Source of the DNA: Chromera velia
Taxonomy: Eukaryota
Length of the DNA stretch: 51,044 nucleotides
Assembly (NCBI GenBank): GCA_018398765.1
Contig: JAHBMJ010000345.1
Location: 1 to 51,044, forward strand
Direction: 5' to 3'
The position numbers and the translations under genes were made by a program. Below, in pieces: positions 13,194-25,001 of the stretch. Each line of letters starts with the position of its first letter. The stretch's first letter is position 1. The notes under the pieces were generated by a model. That model was given only the letters and a program-made list of their open reading frames with translations, was not told the origin of the DNA and did no database searches.

Positions 13194-14245
13194 TTGAACT
13201 TTCAAGGGGACTGTTCGGGTGCGGATGAAGAGGGGAAGCAGTCACTGTGCCATACAAGCGAATGGGGTCTGCTCGACTGCGGGTAGGGGCAGTCAGGAAA
13301 GCAGCAGGTTCCAATGAGGCGCATTGTTCGTCTTTGTCTGTCAGAACTCTCTCTTTCTCTGTTTCTCTTTCTCTCTCTCTGCATGCATGTGTGTGTGCGT
13401 GTGTGTGTGTGGGTGCGTTTTCTTCCTGCTCATTTCTTCTTCCAACCCTTTCTTTTTCTCTGCTCTTTTTCCCCGTCGACCCCCCTACACCTGCTATCCA
13501 GCTTCTTTCTTCGTCTCTCCCCTTGAGGCCTCTCTGCCTCTTCATCTGTGCCTCCGACGAGTAGAACGCTGCTCTTTCATTTTTCTCGGGATGCCTACGT
13601 AGTCCCGCCAGAAGAACAAATGTTCTTTTGTTTTCGCGCCTCGATCCGTCATGCGTTGGTGTCGGTCGGTCGGTCGATCTTCCGAAAGCACGGCTGTTGC
13701 ATTGGAAGAAAAGCAATGATTGTTTGCGGGGAGGTGGACAGATTAAACCGTTTTAAATTCATTTACGTTTGCACATTGAACAGGAGACATGAGCACGGTT
13801 GGGGGGGGGACGGGTACTCTGCATGACCATCACTGAGATTTGGGAACGTGCGAACGAAAGATTTGATGAGGTATCACAATTAATCATACGTACATACGAG
13901 ATGGCACGCCGATGATGGGAGTTCAAAAAGATCTATACATATGATTATTTTTTCTTCTACTCTTTTCCTCTGTTACTGTAGTATATTGTAGTAAATTGTT
14001 CTCAAAATTTATTGAAATGATCTGACTAAGAGAAATCATTATTATCACGATCATCAAGTTGAACTACTGTCGATTAATTATATAAAATAATTATAATACA
14101 AAAACAAATGATATTCACTACATAATTGATTTAAAGTTTTTGTTTCAAGTTTCATTAAACTTTCATACTTAAGTTTGCATTAATTTTAATGATTTTATGT
14201 TAATGTCTATTGATACTAGCCTTATTGTTTTACTTTGTCTTCGTT

Positions 14246-14305
14246 TATTTAATTTGTGGAGCGCATTGCAGCCATTATTCAATTTGTGGAGCACATTGCA
14301 GCCAC
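14246..14305. repeat. 30-bp tandem duplication
   Basis: TTATT(T/C)AATTTGTGGAGC(G/A)CATTGCAGCCA occurs twice in a row. Confidence 0.8.
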
Positions 14306-14901
14306 TAGCACACTGCTAGTTGTAAGTAACCGTCCTTGGTCACTTACTTCATTTAGGTTTTAAACTTTCCATTCAGGAATTTGGAGTTTACTATAGTGAC
14401 TATGGTAGATTAATTTAATACCATTCATGCCACCTTTTTCCATACTCTACGTAACGGTTCACAAGAGCAAAGGTCCTAAGATATGGACTCCGCACTACCC
14501 CACCCACCTAACACACACTTCATTAACCTAATCAAAATTAAAAAGAACGACATCCATTATTATTACAATGCTGCCAACTTGAATGCAACCATAAAATCGG
14601 ATTAAAAAAAAAAAATTATTTTCTTAAAAAAAAAAATAACCTAACCCAGCCCCCATTAGACCCCCCATTGCCCCCCAATAGCAAATTTAAATGCAAATAG
14701 ATCGACATAAAAATATGGACCCGAACTGCATGCAACTGCAAAGACATCGACGCAAAAATAAAGGCCTCTTACGATGAATCGTCAACAATGGTGTCATCAT
14801 GGTGAGTCATTGCATGGCTAGTTGCATGATGACTACATAGGAGTAAACAAAAAATGACTAAATGCTATAGACAAAAGGCTTACTCAACAATGATTATACA
14901 T

Positions 14902-15277
14902 ATTAAAATTGATGGTTGAGGTTTTTGTCATACATGCCGCGTCCTCATATATATGTCTCCATACATGAGTGGCGGATCTAGCCTATTCTGTCTAAAGGTT
15001 CTGGTTCATCCCATTAGTTTTGAAATTTAAATCTAGGAGTAATCTGTTCATCGATCACTTTAGTGCGGCTTGTTTCTCTGAACTTTCTTAAGCAACGGTA
15101 GAGTAAAAAAATAGAGAGAAGAGAAAAGAGACACGGCAAAAACTTTATAAAGGTTCCCTTCCTTAGTAAATTAAGGCTACCCTTTGAGAGGAAAGAAAGG
15201 CTTTAATCTACTTTAATCTGCCCCTCATATATAGGAATGCGGCATGCATAACAAAAACCTCAATCATCATTTTAATC
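14902..15277. repeat. Imperfect ~55-bp inverted repeat pair (possible MITE remnant)
   Basis: ATTAAAATTGATGGTTGAGGTTTTTGTCATACATGCCGC...ATATATG at about 14902-14955 is mirrored by CATATATAGGAATGCGGCATGCATAACAAAAACCTCAATCATCATTTTAAT at about 15225-15277. Confidence 0.55.
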
Positions 15278-15865
15278 AAGTAAAGACCCCACCCATTTGT
15301 TCCTTTTCTTCTTAAAATTGATGATTGAGGGTTAAAATTCATTTCTTCCCTTCTTTTCATTCTCATATTTTTTTCCTCCTTTTCTTTCTTTTTTTTCATA
15401 CAAAGAATCCTAGAAAGAATCAATCATAAAGAGATCGCCCAGTTTGCGCCCTCCGAGTCGAAAGACCCGGAGAATGCTGCGACCTCCTTTTCGAAAAGGC
15501 ACTCAGACTGGAAGGGCCCTCTAGTTCCCCTCCTCCTGTGAATTGAACAGAGAAGATTTGCGACAACGAAATAGTAAAACATGCAAGAAAGGACTTTTAA
15601 AATTATAATACCGCTCCATCAGCCTTGTCTGCACTACTTCATCTCCCTCTCGTCCTCTTACTCTTTCAGCCCCCAACTTCGCCATCGATCTCTTTCAAAA
15701 AACGAATTATCCCCTGCCCATGGTCTCCTATATGTCTCAAACACAAGAGAGACAAACCAAAATCTGATTTTATGACAGATCTTAGCGTATCTGTTATAAC
15801 CTGTTGCATGTTAAAATTTATTTCCATAACTAAAAAAACATATATATATGGGCCTCAACTATAAG

Positions 15866-16146
15866 TGCAAACACATTAACGCAAAAATATAGACCCTATT
15901 AATTGGAAAATACAAACACATCGACGCAAAAATATGGTTCCGAATTGCAAACGCAAACACATCGATGCAAAAATATGGACCCCAATGGCCAACATAAACA
16001 CATCGACGCAAAAATATGGACCCCAATGGCAAATCTAAACACATTAACGTAAAAGTATGGACCCCATTGGAAAATACAAACACATCGACACAAAAATATG
16101 AACCTCAATGGCAGATGCAAACACATCGACACGAAAATGTAAACCC
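15866..16146. repeat. 41-bp minisatellite, about 7 copies (plus about 2 degenerate copies at 14690-14768)
   Basis: The unit is AAACACATCGACGCAAAAATATGGACCCCAATGGCAAATCT, with a 41-bp period (for example 15914 to 15955). Confidence 0.85.
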
Positions 16147-16747
16147 TTAATTCATTATCACCCCCAATCTAGGTTTCTGAGTCATCCCAGATCGTTTGTG
16201 ATCTTGTGTTATGAGCCTTTTACCAATAATTTCTCTATGACGTGGCTTAATTGATTTTGTTTCATATAAATTTGAACGATCAACTCATTGTGAGTCCTAG
16301 TGTCAGTCAAGTCATTGACGTGTCAGGAAACGTCCTGACACCTAAGCCTAAGGGGTTGGTCTAAAACGCTCCATCTGCATGGAGGTGTCTGAGCGACCTC
16401 TTGATGGTACAAGTCAAGCTAGGCCCGGCAGTAAGCCGTGGAGCAACCCTGAACATTAATCTTATTCTATTCTATCATACAAACAAAATAAAGGTGCTTT
16501 CAAAGCTTAGTTCAAAGCCGAACTTCTTTCGTTTTCCCTTGTAGTACGTGACTATAGACGTGACATGACGTGACCTCAAGTTTCCTAAAATGTGTCTCAT
16601 AAATTATCTAGTAAATGATACTATGATTGGAATGTTCCAGCAATTTTAATGCTAAATGCCTAGCAAAACAAAAATAATTGGAATATCTAGAAAAAGCATA
16701 CCCGCTTTATTGTTATTGATTATGTATTGATTGATATCAACACCCAG

Positions 16748-18568
16748 TGTTAGGCCTCAGAGGCGAGCGGGCCGGGGTGATGCTCTGGGCTGAGGGGACG
16801 CAAGGAGTGCGGTCCCGGAGGACCGGAGTGACGCACGCCGCGCACGCGAGCCATGCAACACTTTCCAAACAACACTTGAATGCATTGCACGGAATTAAAC
16901 AAACAAACTGTATTGCAATAAATGAAAAGAAGTCATACAGAAATGACGGGGAAGAGATCCCTGCAGGTATGCCACGGACAGAGTCCCGTGAGAGAGAGGA
17001 TGATGGAGAGGCAGAGGAAGACTCTGGAGAATAAGAAAGAGAGAGAGAAGAGAAGAAAGTCCCCCGCTCAAGCGATCGCCCTGCCACATTCAGGATAGGG
17101 AACAACCCCGAAATAGGTGAGCTCTTCAACGAGCTCGGATTGGGAGATGAGTTGGAGGTTCGTCCAGAAGAAAGACAGAGAGAGAGAGGGAGATGGAAAG
17201 CGCCTCAGCCAGTTCGGATTCTGGCTGGACGACCCGCAGAGGATGGAGAGGAGGAGTATCGAGTCTCGTTTGATGATGGGACTTTCGTATGGATGAAGGA
17301 GAGTGAGGTGGATGTACCAGAGTTGGTCAGCGCATATGAGAGAGTGAAAGAAAAAATTTTCTGGCAGGTCCAATGAATGTCTCACAGTGATTGCTGTCTT
17401 TATCTTTTCTGGGTGGTTGAGTGAGGTAAACCCTCTTTCCCTTCTTACTCGAATGTGCGAAAGGATGGACGCATCCAAGAGCCTCTGTGAATGAAAAGAA
17501 ACGAAGTCGTTGGGGTAAGGGCAGCCCCCGGGAGTTTGAGTAGTACATGACATGTTAATGTGCCCCTGCTTTGTCCTTTGCATGATCTGCTCGGGACGAA
17601 CAGACTGGAGGGGGGAGTGGTTGTTAGGCCTCAGAGGCGAGCAGGCCGGGGTGACGCTCTGGGCTGAGGGGACGCGAGGAGTGCGGTCCCGGACGACCGG
17701 AGTGATTGATACACGCCGCGTATGCGAGCCATGCAACACTTTCCAAACAACACTTGAATGCGTTGCACGGAATTAAACAAACAAACTGTATTGCAATAAA
17801 TGAAAAGAAGTCATACAGAAATGACCATACAGCTTCCTTTTCTGTATTGGACAGATGAAATACAGAAGATGCGAATTAAATACAAATAAATGAGATTGGA
17901 AGATGGACAGCAAGATGTATGACAGTCTTGTGATACAATGTCCAAAGACAAAAAAAAGTGGAAGAAGGAACTGAACCAGTGATGCACAAACGTTACACGT
18001 AAGTTGATAGTTGTCATGCTGCCGTCACGCTAGCCATACCAACAAAAGAAGGGTTGAGGTAAGCCCTTCCCGATCGTGTGGTTCCGGAGATGGCTGCAAC
18101 GAAAGAGAAACAGAGGCCGTGAAAAAGAACGTGCTCTGCTTACCACTTTTGTTGGTATGGCTAGCGTGACGGCAGCATGACGACTATCAACTTACGTGTA
18201 ACGTCTGTGCATCACTGGTTCGGTTCCTTCTTCCACCTTTTTTTGTCTTCGGACATTGCATCACAAGACTGTCATACATCTTACTGTCCATCTTCTAATC
18301 TCATTTATTTGTATTTAATTCGCATCTTCTGTATTTCATCTGTCCAATACAGAAAAGGAAGCTGTATGGTCATTTCTGTATGACTTCTTTTCATTTATTA
18401 CAATACAGTTTGTTTGTTTAATTCCGTGTAACGCATTCAAGTGTTGTTTGGAAAGTGTTGCATGGCTCGCGTGCGCGGCGTGCGTCACTCCGGTCCTCCG
18501 GGACCGCATTCCTCGCGTCCCCTCAGCCCAGAGCGTCACCCCGGCCCGCTCGCCTCTGAGGCCTAACA
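16748..18568. mobile_element. Rearranged Ty3/Gypsy (chromovirus-like) LTR retroelement remnant with three LTR copies
   Basis: Order: partial LTR 16748-16947 (+); chromodomain fragment; polypurine tract GGAGGGGGGAGTGG at 17607-17620; full LTR TGTTAGG...ACCAACA at 17622-18044 (+); PBS-like TGGTAAGCAGAGC on the minus strand at 18133-18145; full LTR 18150-18568 (-). CCAG flanks both outer ends (16744-16747 and 18569-18572). Confidence 0.85.
16948..17376 (+). pseudogene. Retroelement pol/integrase C-terminal fragment with a chromodomain
   Basis: One reading frame with an internal TAA (17032-17034) ends in PVRILAGRPAEDGEEEYRVSFDDGTFVWMKESEVDVPELVSAYE. This fits the chromodomain pattern (IL..R....EY.V.F/W....W..E....L...Y) and lies just upstream of a PPT and LTR. 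Confidence 0.7.
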
Positions 18569-19643
18569 CCAGCTAAAGAAAAGTTATATGAAATATGGCT
18601 TGGTAGGGCTACGTATGCCAGTGGAATCAGATTAATAATTAACGATCATAGTATCCTGATCGATACTTCAAAGGAGAAAAAAACAATTTGATTGAAAATG
18701 ATGGAACTTACATTTATATGCGCATGCACGGTTGAAACTGATTTCTGTTCCTTCTTCGCTGCCATATAATCACGAGGAGGCAGAACCTCTGTCGACTTCG
18801 ACAAATGAGCAGAGGGAACAACTGAACGAAGTACAAAAGCTGTCTGATCGATTGGAGGTCACTTGCAATTAGAACGCACCTACAAGTATGCATACACAGA
18901 AGAAAAGCAACACGCACTGCAAAGGACGCAAGCCCATGCAGAGCCACAAACGATCGACATGTTGGGCCCTCCCCACCTCATCACATGCACGAATGCACAA
19001 ACGTGTAGGCAGACATAAGCTAGACGAATGATCCTTGATCGAATTCACAGCCCAAGCAAGCAGCAACGCAAATTTCACTCCACCCGCCGCCAGGTTGAAT
19101 CTTTCTCTTCCGTCATGTGCACGCACTACTCAGTTGATCCGAAATCGAAACACAACTCCGGCCGGCTTAATTGCAGTACAATAAACAGTGTAAGTCGCTT
19201 CCTACAGGAACTGTACGCATGCTTCCCACGTTCACGAAGAAATCGTTGGACCTTTTAATTCTATTTTCGCATTTCTGCACACGCAAATATACAAATTCTT
19301 TGACAAAAAAACAAAGTGCATCGGTCCACCTGTTTGCTCTCTCTAAGTTCTTCTCATTCACCTTCTTTTGTCTTCTCTCACAGACCTATTGCAACCATTC
19401 ACATGTGAACGGACCGAATTTCAAGTGCCGCCACACCCTCCCCCCGACTCAGCTCCGCTTCCCATCGCAGAACCTTGACAGGCAGGCGAGGGGGGACACG
19501 ACCCAAAGGCTTCATTCAGTCTCTGTGTATGGATGTCAGCTAGTGTGTCACCTTTCGGTCAGTAAACTGACACTCCCTCCTCACAACCATGCCCCCATGC
19601 AGCTGGGTGGGGGAAGGGGAAACTGACTCTGTCATTTCATTTT

Positions 19644-20215
19644 TCACGCACGCAGGAGCAGCCTGGTGAAGAGTCCTTGCTGTTCGCTTCGCTCCTCTAC
19701 CCCTCCTTCTCCTTCCTCTGAACTCTCATATGGTCGCGGGGGTGTGTCGCTACTGGGGGCAGGTGCCAGAAGGTTCTGTGTATCCGCTCTCGCCACTCGC
19801 CTGGCGTCCCCCAGGAGCGTCTCGTCACACAGACACCTCCCCCCCAGGTTCTGGTGCAGAAAGGCTTCTCCAGCCCCCAGCATCGCCAGCCTGTTCGGTT
19901 CCTTCGACAGCCCATGTCCCTCATCCTCAAACAAGAGGTAAGTCACTGGGGTGCCGTGGAGCTGCATCGCCTCTACAATCTGCATCCATGCAGCACGACA
20001 GTCATTGGTCAGTCACTTGCACAAAGAAAGATATTACAAGACAACGATCCAGATGTATGCTCGTACAGACAGAAGACCAGTGGAAGAAGGAGCGCACAGA
20101 GTGTCGTTGCCCCCCTGCCTCCATAATCGAAAACGAAAGCGGACGAACGATTGAAAGACGGGCTAAGCATTGAAAAACGAAAAGGAAGCTAGTCTTTCTT
20201 TCCTTACCACACTCA

Positions 20216-20246
<31 letters not shown>

Positions 20247-20476
20247 ACCTGGTCGGACTCCCCCTGGGGCACTCTGGGGTCGTTAGCTCCGTGCACGATG
20301 AGGAGGGGCCTCTGTATGCGGTCAGCGAAGAAGAGAGGCGAGACGGACTCCAAAAAGGCACGCCCTTCGGGGTCCGCAGGATCGCCTCCGATTCTTTGGA
20401 GCATCTGCAGAGGCACAGGCACAGAGAGAGAGAGAGTGGGGGGGAGGGGGGGGGGACGCAGATCGAGATGGAATTC

Positions 20477-20507
<31 letters not shown>

Positions 20508-20562
20508 TATGTGTGTGTGTGTATGTGTGTGTGTGAATGTGTGTGTGTGTGTGTGTGTGTGA

Positions 20563-20598
<36 letters not shown>

Positions 20599-23500
20599 CT
20601 GATCCTGGTCTGAGAGAGAGTGAGAGAGAGAGAGAGGGAGAGGCGTGGTGAAAAGGAGCATGGCAAAAAGGGGAGGGAAAAGACCGGGCTTCTGCCTGAC
20701 TGACAGACTGACATGTGCTCTGTAGGGAAGCCAGTAGGGAGGGAACGAGTTGGCGAGAGTGACCAGGTTGGAGATGCCCACCACAGAGACGCCACACGCA
20801 AAGAAGGTGGGGGTCAGAGTCAACCCCGCAAGCGCCGCATACCCTCCGTAGCTGCCGCCATAAATACAGGTTCTATTGGGCAATGCGATGTTCTCCCTCT
20901 CTGCCCACATCACTGCGTCTAACAAGTCATCATGCATCTGCCCCCCCCACTCACCATAGCTGGCTGTCAAGAAATCACGCCCAAATCCCGTACTCCCACG
21001 GAAATTCACAGACAAAACCGCATACCCCCTATTTTGCATGATTTGGTCCGTGTGATCAAATTGGTGTCTGTCTCTACTCCACGGCCCTCCGTGGACTGTC
21101 AACACCATCGGGAACGCACGAGGGGGCAGGCCCGCGTCTCTTCTTCTCTGTTCCCACAAAGGAAGACTCAGGTAGCTGACCATCGTGCGGTTATCCCGAG
21201 TGGGGATCACCACAGGCTCACGGCGAGATAGCGGGAGGTCCGCAAGCTCGGGCAGGGAGACAAACAATTTTTCAAGAGCACTTGTCTGGCCGTCTCCCCC
21301 ATCCTCCACTTCTTCTGAAATGTCGAAGGGACGAAGAATTTCGTAAAGGACAGGTCCGTCAGTCGGACTGAAGACGACCAGCCACGTCTTGTCGTCTGTG
21401 GATCTGGAGATGGAACTCACGAGGCCTCTCGTCTTCGCGGCGTCGGAGAGGACCTCGAGAGCCCGTGCCACGTGCGGCGGCGCATTGGGCAGAGGGACCC
21501 ACTCGGGTTCCGTGTACTCAAAACGGACAGCCTCAGGAATCTGCAGACAGAGAGGTTGGGAGGCCAAAGGAGAAAAGCGACAATAATCAAAATCGGCTCT
21601 CTGCATGGACTTGGAAGACAGGAAAGTAACCATAGAACTCAGCTGTCGCGTTTCAAGAAGAGGCAGGCAGGCAGAAGGTTTCCTTTCAAAACACGGAGGG
21701 AGGGAAAAGAGGACAGGCACGAATTAACAGTCGCGCAGAGAGGGAGGAGAGGGAGAAGAGCTGGTAGACAAAACCGAGAAAACAAAAAGGACAGGGTGGA
21801 GAGAGCGAGAAAGAATGACTGCTCTTCTGAGAGAGAATATCCCTTCCGTTCGTTCGATTGGACTTCTCTCTCTCCCTTCCCCCCTCCCCCCCTCTTTCCC
21901 ACACGCACACATACACCCAGAAAAATAGAGAGACACGCTGAGTCAAAACCCGCCTGACTTACTCGTGTTGTAGGATTCCTCAAGAACGACTCTGCGTCTG
22001 CGCTTTCTCTGTGAAACAAAATGGTCTCCTCCCCTTCTCCTCCCCCCTCCTCCGTCTCTGCGTCTGGCGAGGAAGCAAACCATCTGCTGACGTTCACTTT
22101 CTTCAACGCCGCGGTGTCAGTGTCCTTGCCATCGGCAAAGAACAGAATATCCCCGCTCTCATCAAACCCCACCGCACGAGAGTTGAGTTCTTCGTCAAAC
22201 CCGAAAGTACGGAACGTCTGCAGACGATCCAACGAGATCGTCCCTTCTCCCCCTCCTCCGACAATAGAAGAGGAAGAGGACGCCTCGGAGGGCAAAACCA
22301 AATCCCACCGAGTCACACTCCCTCCCGGGACTGGACCGGCAAGAAGTCTCACTTGAAGGTCCAAGTCGAATCGGAAGGAAGTGTAAGCGTTGTTTTCGTA
22401 TACCAACTCCCTCTCGCCAGTCAAAAGGTTGACTCTGCACTCACCGACGCAAGCAGGAAGGCAGACAGGCAGAAAAGAAAGAAAGGAAGAAAGAAGAAAG
22501 CAGAAACTGATCCTGTCTCTAAAGGCAGCCAGACATGCCTCCTGGTGCCACGTTGTTATCTCATCGCTCACAAAAGGGGAGGTAAAAGGAGAAAGACTCA
22601 CTTGAATTCGAACTTTCCCCCCCCCTTCTATCTAGCAAACCCATTACTCATTCTTGTTTCGCGCATACAAAGAGGTCGAGCCCCAACTAGGATCATTTTT
22701 GCACGCTTCCATTTTTCAAACTCTGCAACATATTCACTGACTGACTTATACAAATCGAAGTACACCGGAGTCCGTCCGTTCTCCCCAATCACCACCACTT
22801 CGGGGTGTCTGTATGACATTCCCGCCAGAACTGTTCGCACAGGCCGGGAGGCAGAGGAAGAGGAAGAAGAAGACCCGTCTCCGCCCCCAGCGGCCGCACG
22901 ACCCAACGGTGTGACCACACACTCGGGCACCGTCCAGTTTCTGTACTCGGGGGCTGAGACTCTCTCTGTCTCAGTCTCAGTCTGTGCCGGGCGTCCCCCT
23001 GCGAGGAGGCCGTTGCAGTCGGCGGAGTACAGTTGATAGTTTTCGTCCCCCTCGTTGTCCTGCGGGTAGGTGTGTGTGTGTGTTCACAGACAGCTAGGAA
23101 GGAGAACAATGTATTAATACCATCTCAAATGTGGAATGTGTGTAAATCCTGAAAAACAGAGCTAGAACAGTCCCCGTAACCTCCCTACAGTCTCACTCAC
23201 ACAAAAGAAAATGAACCACAGCGAACCATTTCGTGCATCTTTCGTTCATCTGACAGCACACGACGGCTGGGTCCGAAGGAGAAGACAAATGGAAGAACGC
23301 AAACCAGACAGTCAAAACAAGAGAGATGGGGAAAGGCAAGAGATCATGTACGGGATATACGTACGGTCACCCGGATATGTTTTGATCGTCGAGGAGACGG
23401 CCATGCAGCTGCGTTCACGCACTGACCACGATCAGAAGAAGGACGTTAGGCAGGTGAGTCCAGGAGGCCCGCACGGTCCTTTCTTTGAATGTGGTCACAA

Positions 23501-23771
23501 GTGCTCTCTCGTTGTGCACGTCTGAAACATTGGCGATGAACACGTTGGAGTTCCCCTCCCAGGGAGCAAGGAAGAGGATCTGTTCTCCTGAAGGGTGGAG
23601 ACGAACAGACTTCGTGGCATTGTCTGAGAACAGAGTCTCTAGAGGAAACAGCGGATCCGCATCAACAAACAGATCCGCAGGAACAGGGGGCAAATCAGAG
23701 TTCTGAGAACACACGAGGCCCAAGTGGGCAAAGATCAAGAAGGCAGAGACCAACAGGAATCTGCTCTTCAT
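19644..23771 (-). CDS. S9 family (prolyl oligopeptidase / acylaminoacyl-peptidase-like) serine peptidase with an N-terminal signal peptide
   Basis: Exons 23771-23427, 23059-22746, 22434-21963, 21540-20713, 20404-20249 and 19979-19644 join in phase. They give [52 protein letters not shown], the nucleophile [14 protein letters not shown] (Asp) and FEDEGHG (His). Confidence 0.93.
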
Positions 23772-24360
23772 GCTGCCGATCTTTGGGGTAAGCAGCTGGT
23801 GGTGGAATTGCAGAAAGCGGACCCACAGTACGGCCAGTTCACGCAGATGGAAACGCTTATGCAAGCGTTGGCTGTAGATGTAGCAGCAGCACACAGGGAG
23901 GACTATCTGAGGGAGTATGAGGGACTGAGAGGATCTCGGATCGATCTTTTCCGCTTTTACGACCTTGGTATAGCTGCGCACGCATTGCGCGCGCGGCTCG
24001 CTGTTTCGAAAACCGTGCATGTTTATAATTGTGTAAGTGCATGCCCCCCGAGCCTATAGCTCCTATTAATAGCTTTCCGGGACCGCGCTTTGTGATACGA
24101 GACGGTCAATCACGCCGGCAGCATGCATGTAAAAGATTGTAAAAGGTATCATTGTCTCTATCTGTGAACTTCCTGCACGTGTAGCAGAGTAATAGCACTG
24201 CCTCCAAGTCACTCAGAAGGGATTGCATTAGGGCGGCCGTGTCTCTGGATTGATCTGCGCCCGAAGAATCCCTCTTGGTCAATACATCAATACAATGCGG
24301 GCCGCTACCCGATTGTGTCGAAAGAAGTCTCCTTTGCTTTGCGATCAGACGGTTCATTCC
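23772..24360. promoter_or_regulatory. Putative bidirectional promoter / 5' UTR region between divergent genes
   Basis: Only about 590 bp separate the divergent ATGs of the peptidase (23771) and the kinase (24361). The region contains GCATGCATG at about 24121. Confidence 0.45.
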
Positions 24361-24863
24361 ATGTATTCGGCACGCACGTTTCCCAAAAGATGGTACGGGC
24401 AGTCTTCAAAGTTTCGCGCAGACACTCGCGTCCTCGGACTGGGCTTTGGCGCAGTTGGCAGTGGCGTGTGCCTTCTTTCCTTATCCAGTAGCAGTCTCCT
24501 CGTGCATGGCACAGAAGACCTCTCCCGTCTATCAACGCTCTCAGATCAGATTCGAGGATCTGTGGATAGGGGAATCAGAAGTGAGTGGGTGTTGGAGCAT
24601 CTCGGGTAAAATTCGTTGTTTCAAGGTTGTCTTTGCTTCTATGTTTCTTTTTGTATTAATATTCCAGTCTCCTTTTTGAAGTGATTGCATGATTGCGCCC
24701 CTCCCCCCCACCCCGGGTGCAGCTCTGAGCGGGACGACCCGCTTCGTACGCACGTGCTTCTATGCGGGGATCTCTGCCTTGGACTACAAGTTGTCGTTGC
24801 GCAACCTCGATCCAGATTCCGAGGTTTGTTTGGGAGAGATACAGACCAACTCAGCATGTATGG

Positions 24864-24902
<39 letters not shown>

Positions 24903-24953
24903 TGTGTGTGTGTGTATGTGTGTGTATGTGTGTGTATGTGTGTGTATGTCTAT

Positions 24954-25001
<48 letters not shown>

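Noticed and set aside
15666..15827. Short minus-strand frame ending ...GIIRFLKEIDGEVGG*, reminiscent of a LINE C-terminus
   Set aside because: It is only about 53 codons long and has no diagnostic motif.
15866..16146. CRISPR-like array or repeat-protein ORF
   Set aside because: These are contiguous 41-bp units without spacers, and the period is not a multiple of 3.
17622..18568. Simple MITE or MULE with 420-bp TIRs
   Set aside because: Each arm has its own TGTT...AACA ends, one is preceded by a PPT and the other is followed by a PBS. The arms are LTRs.
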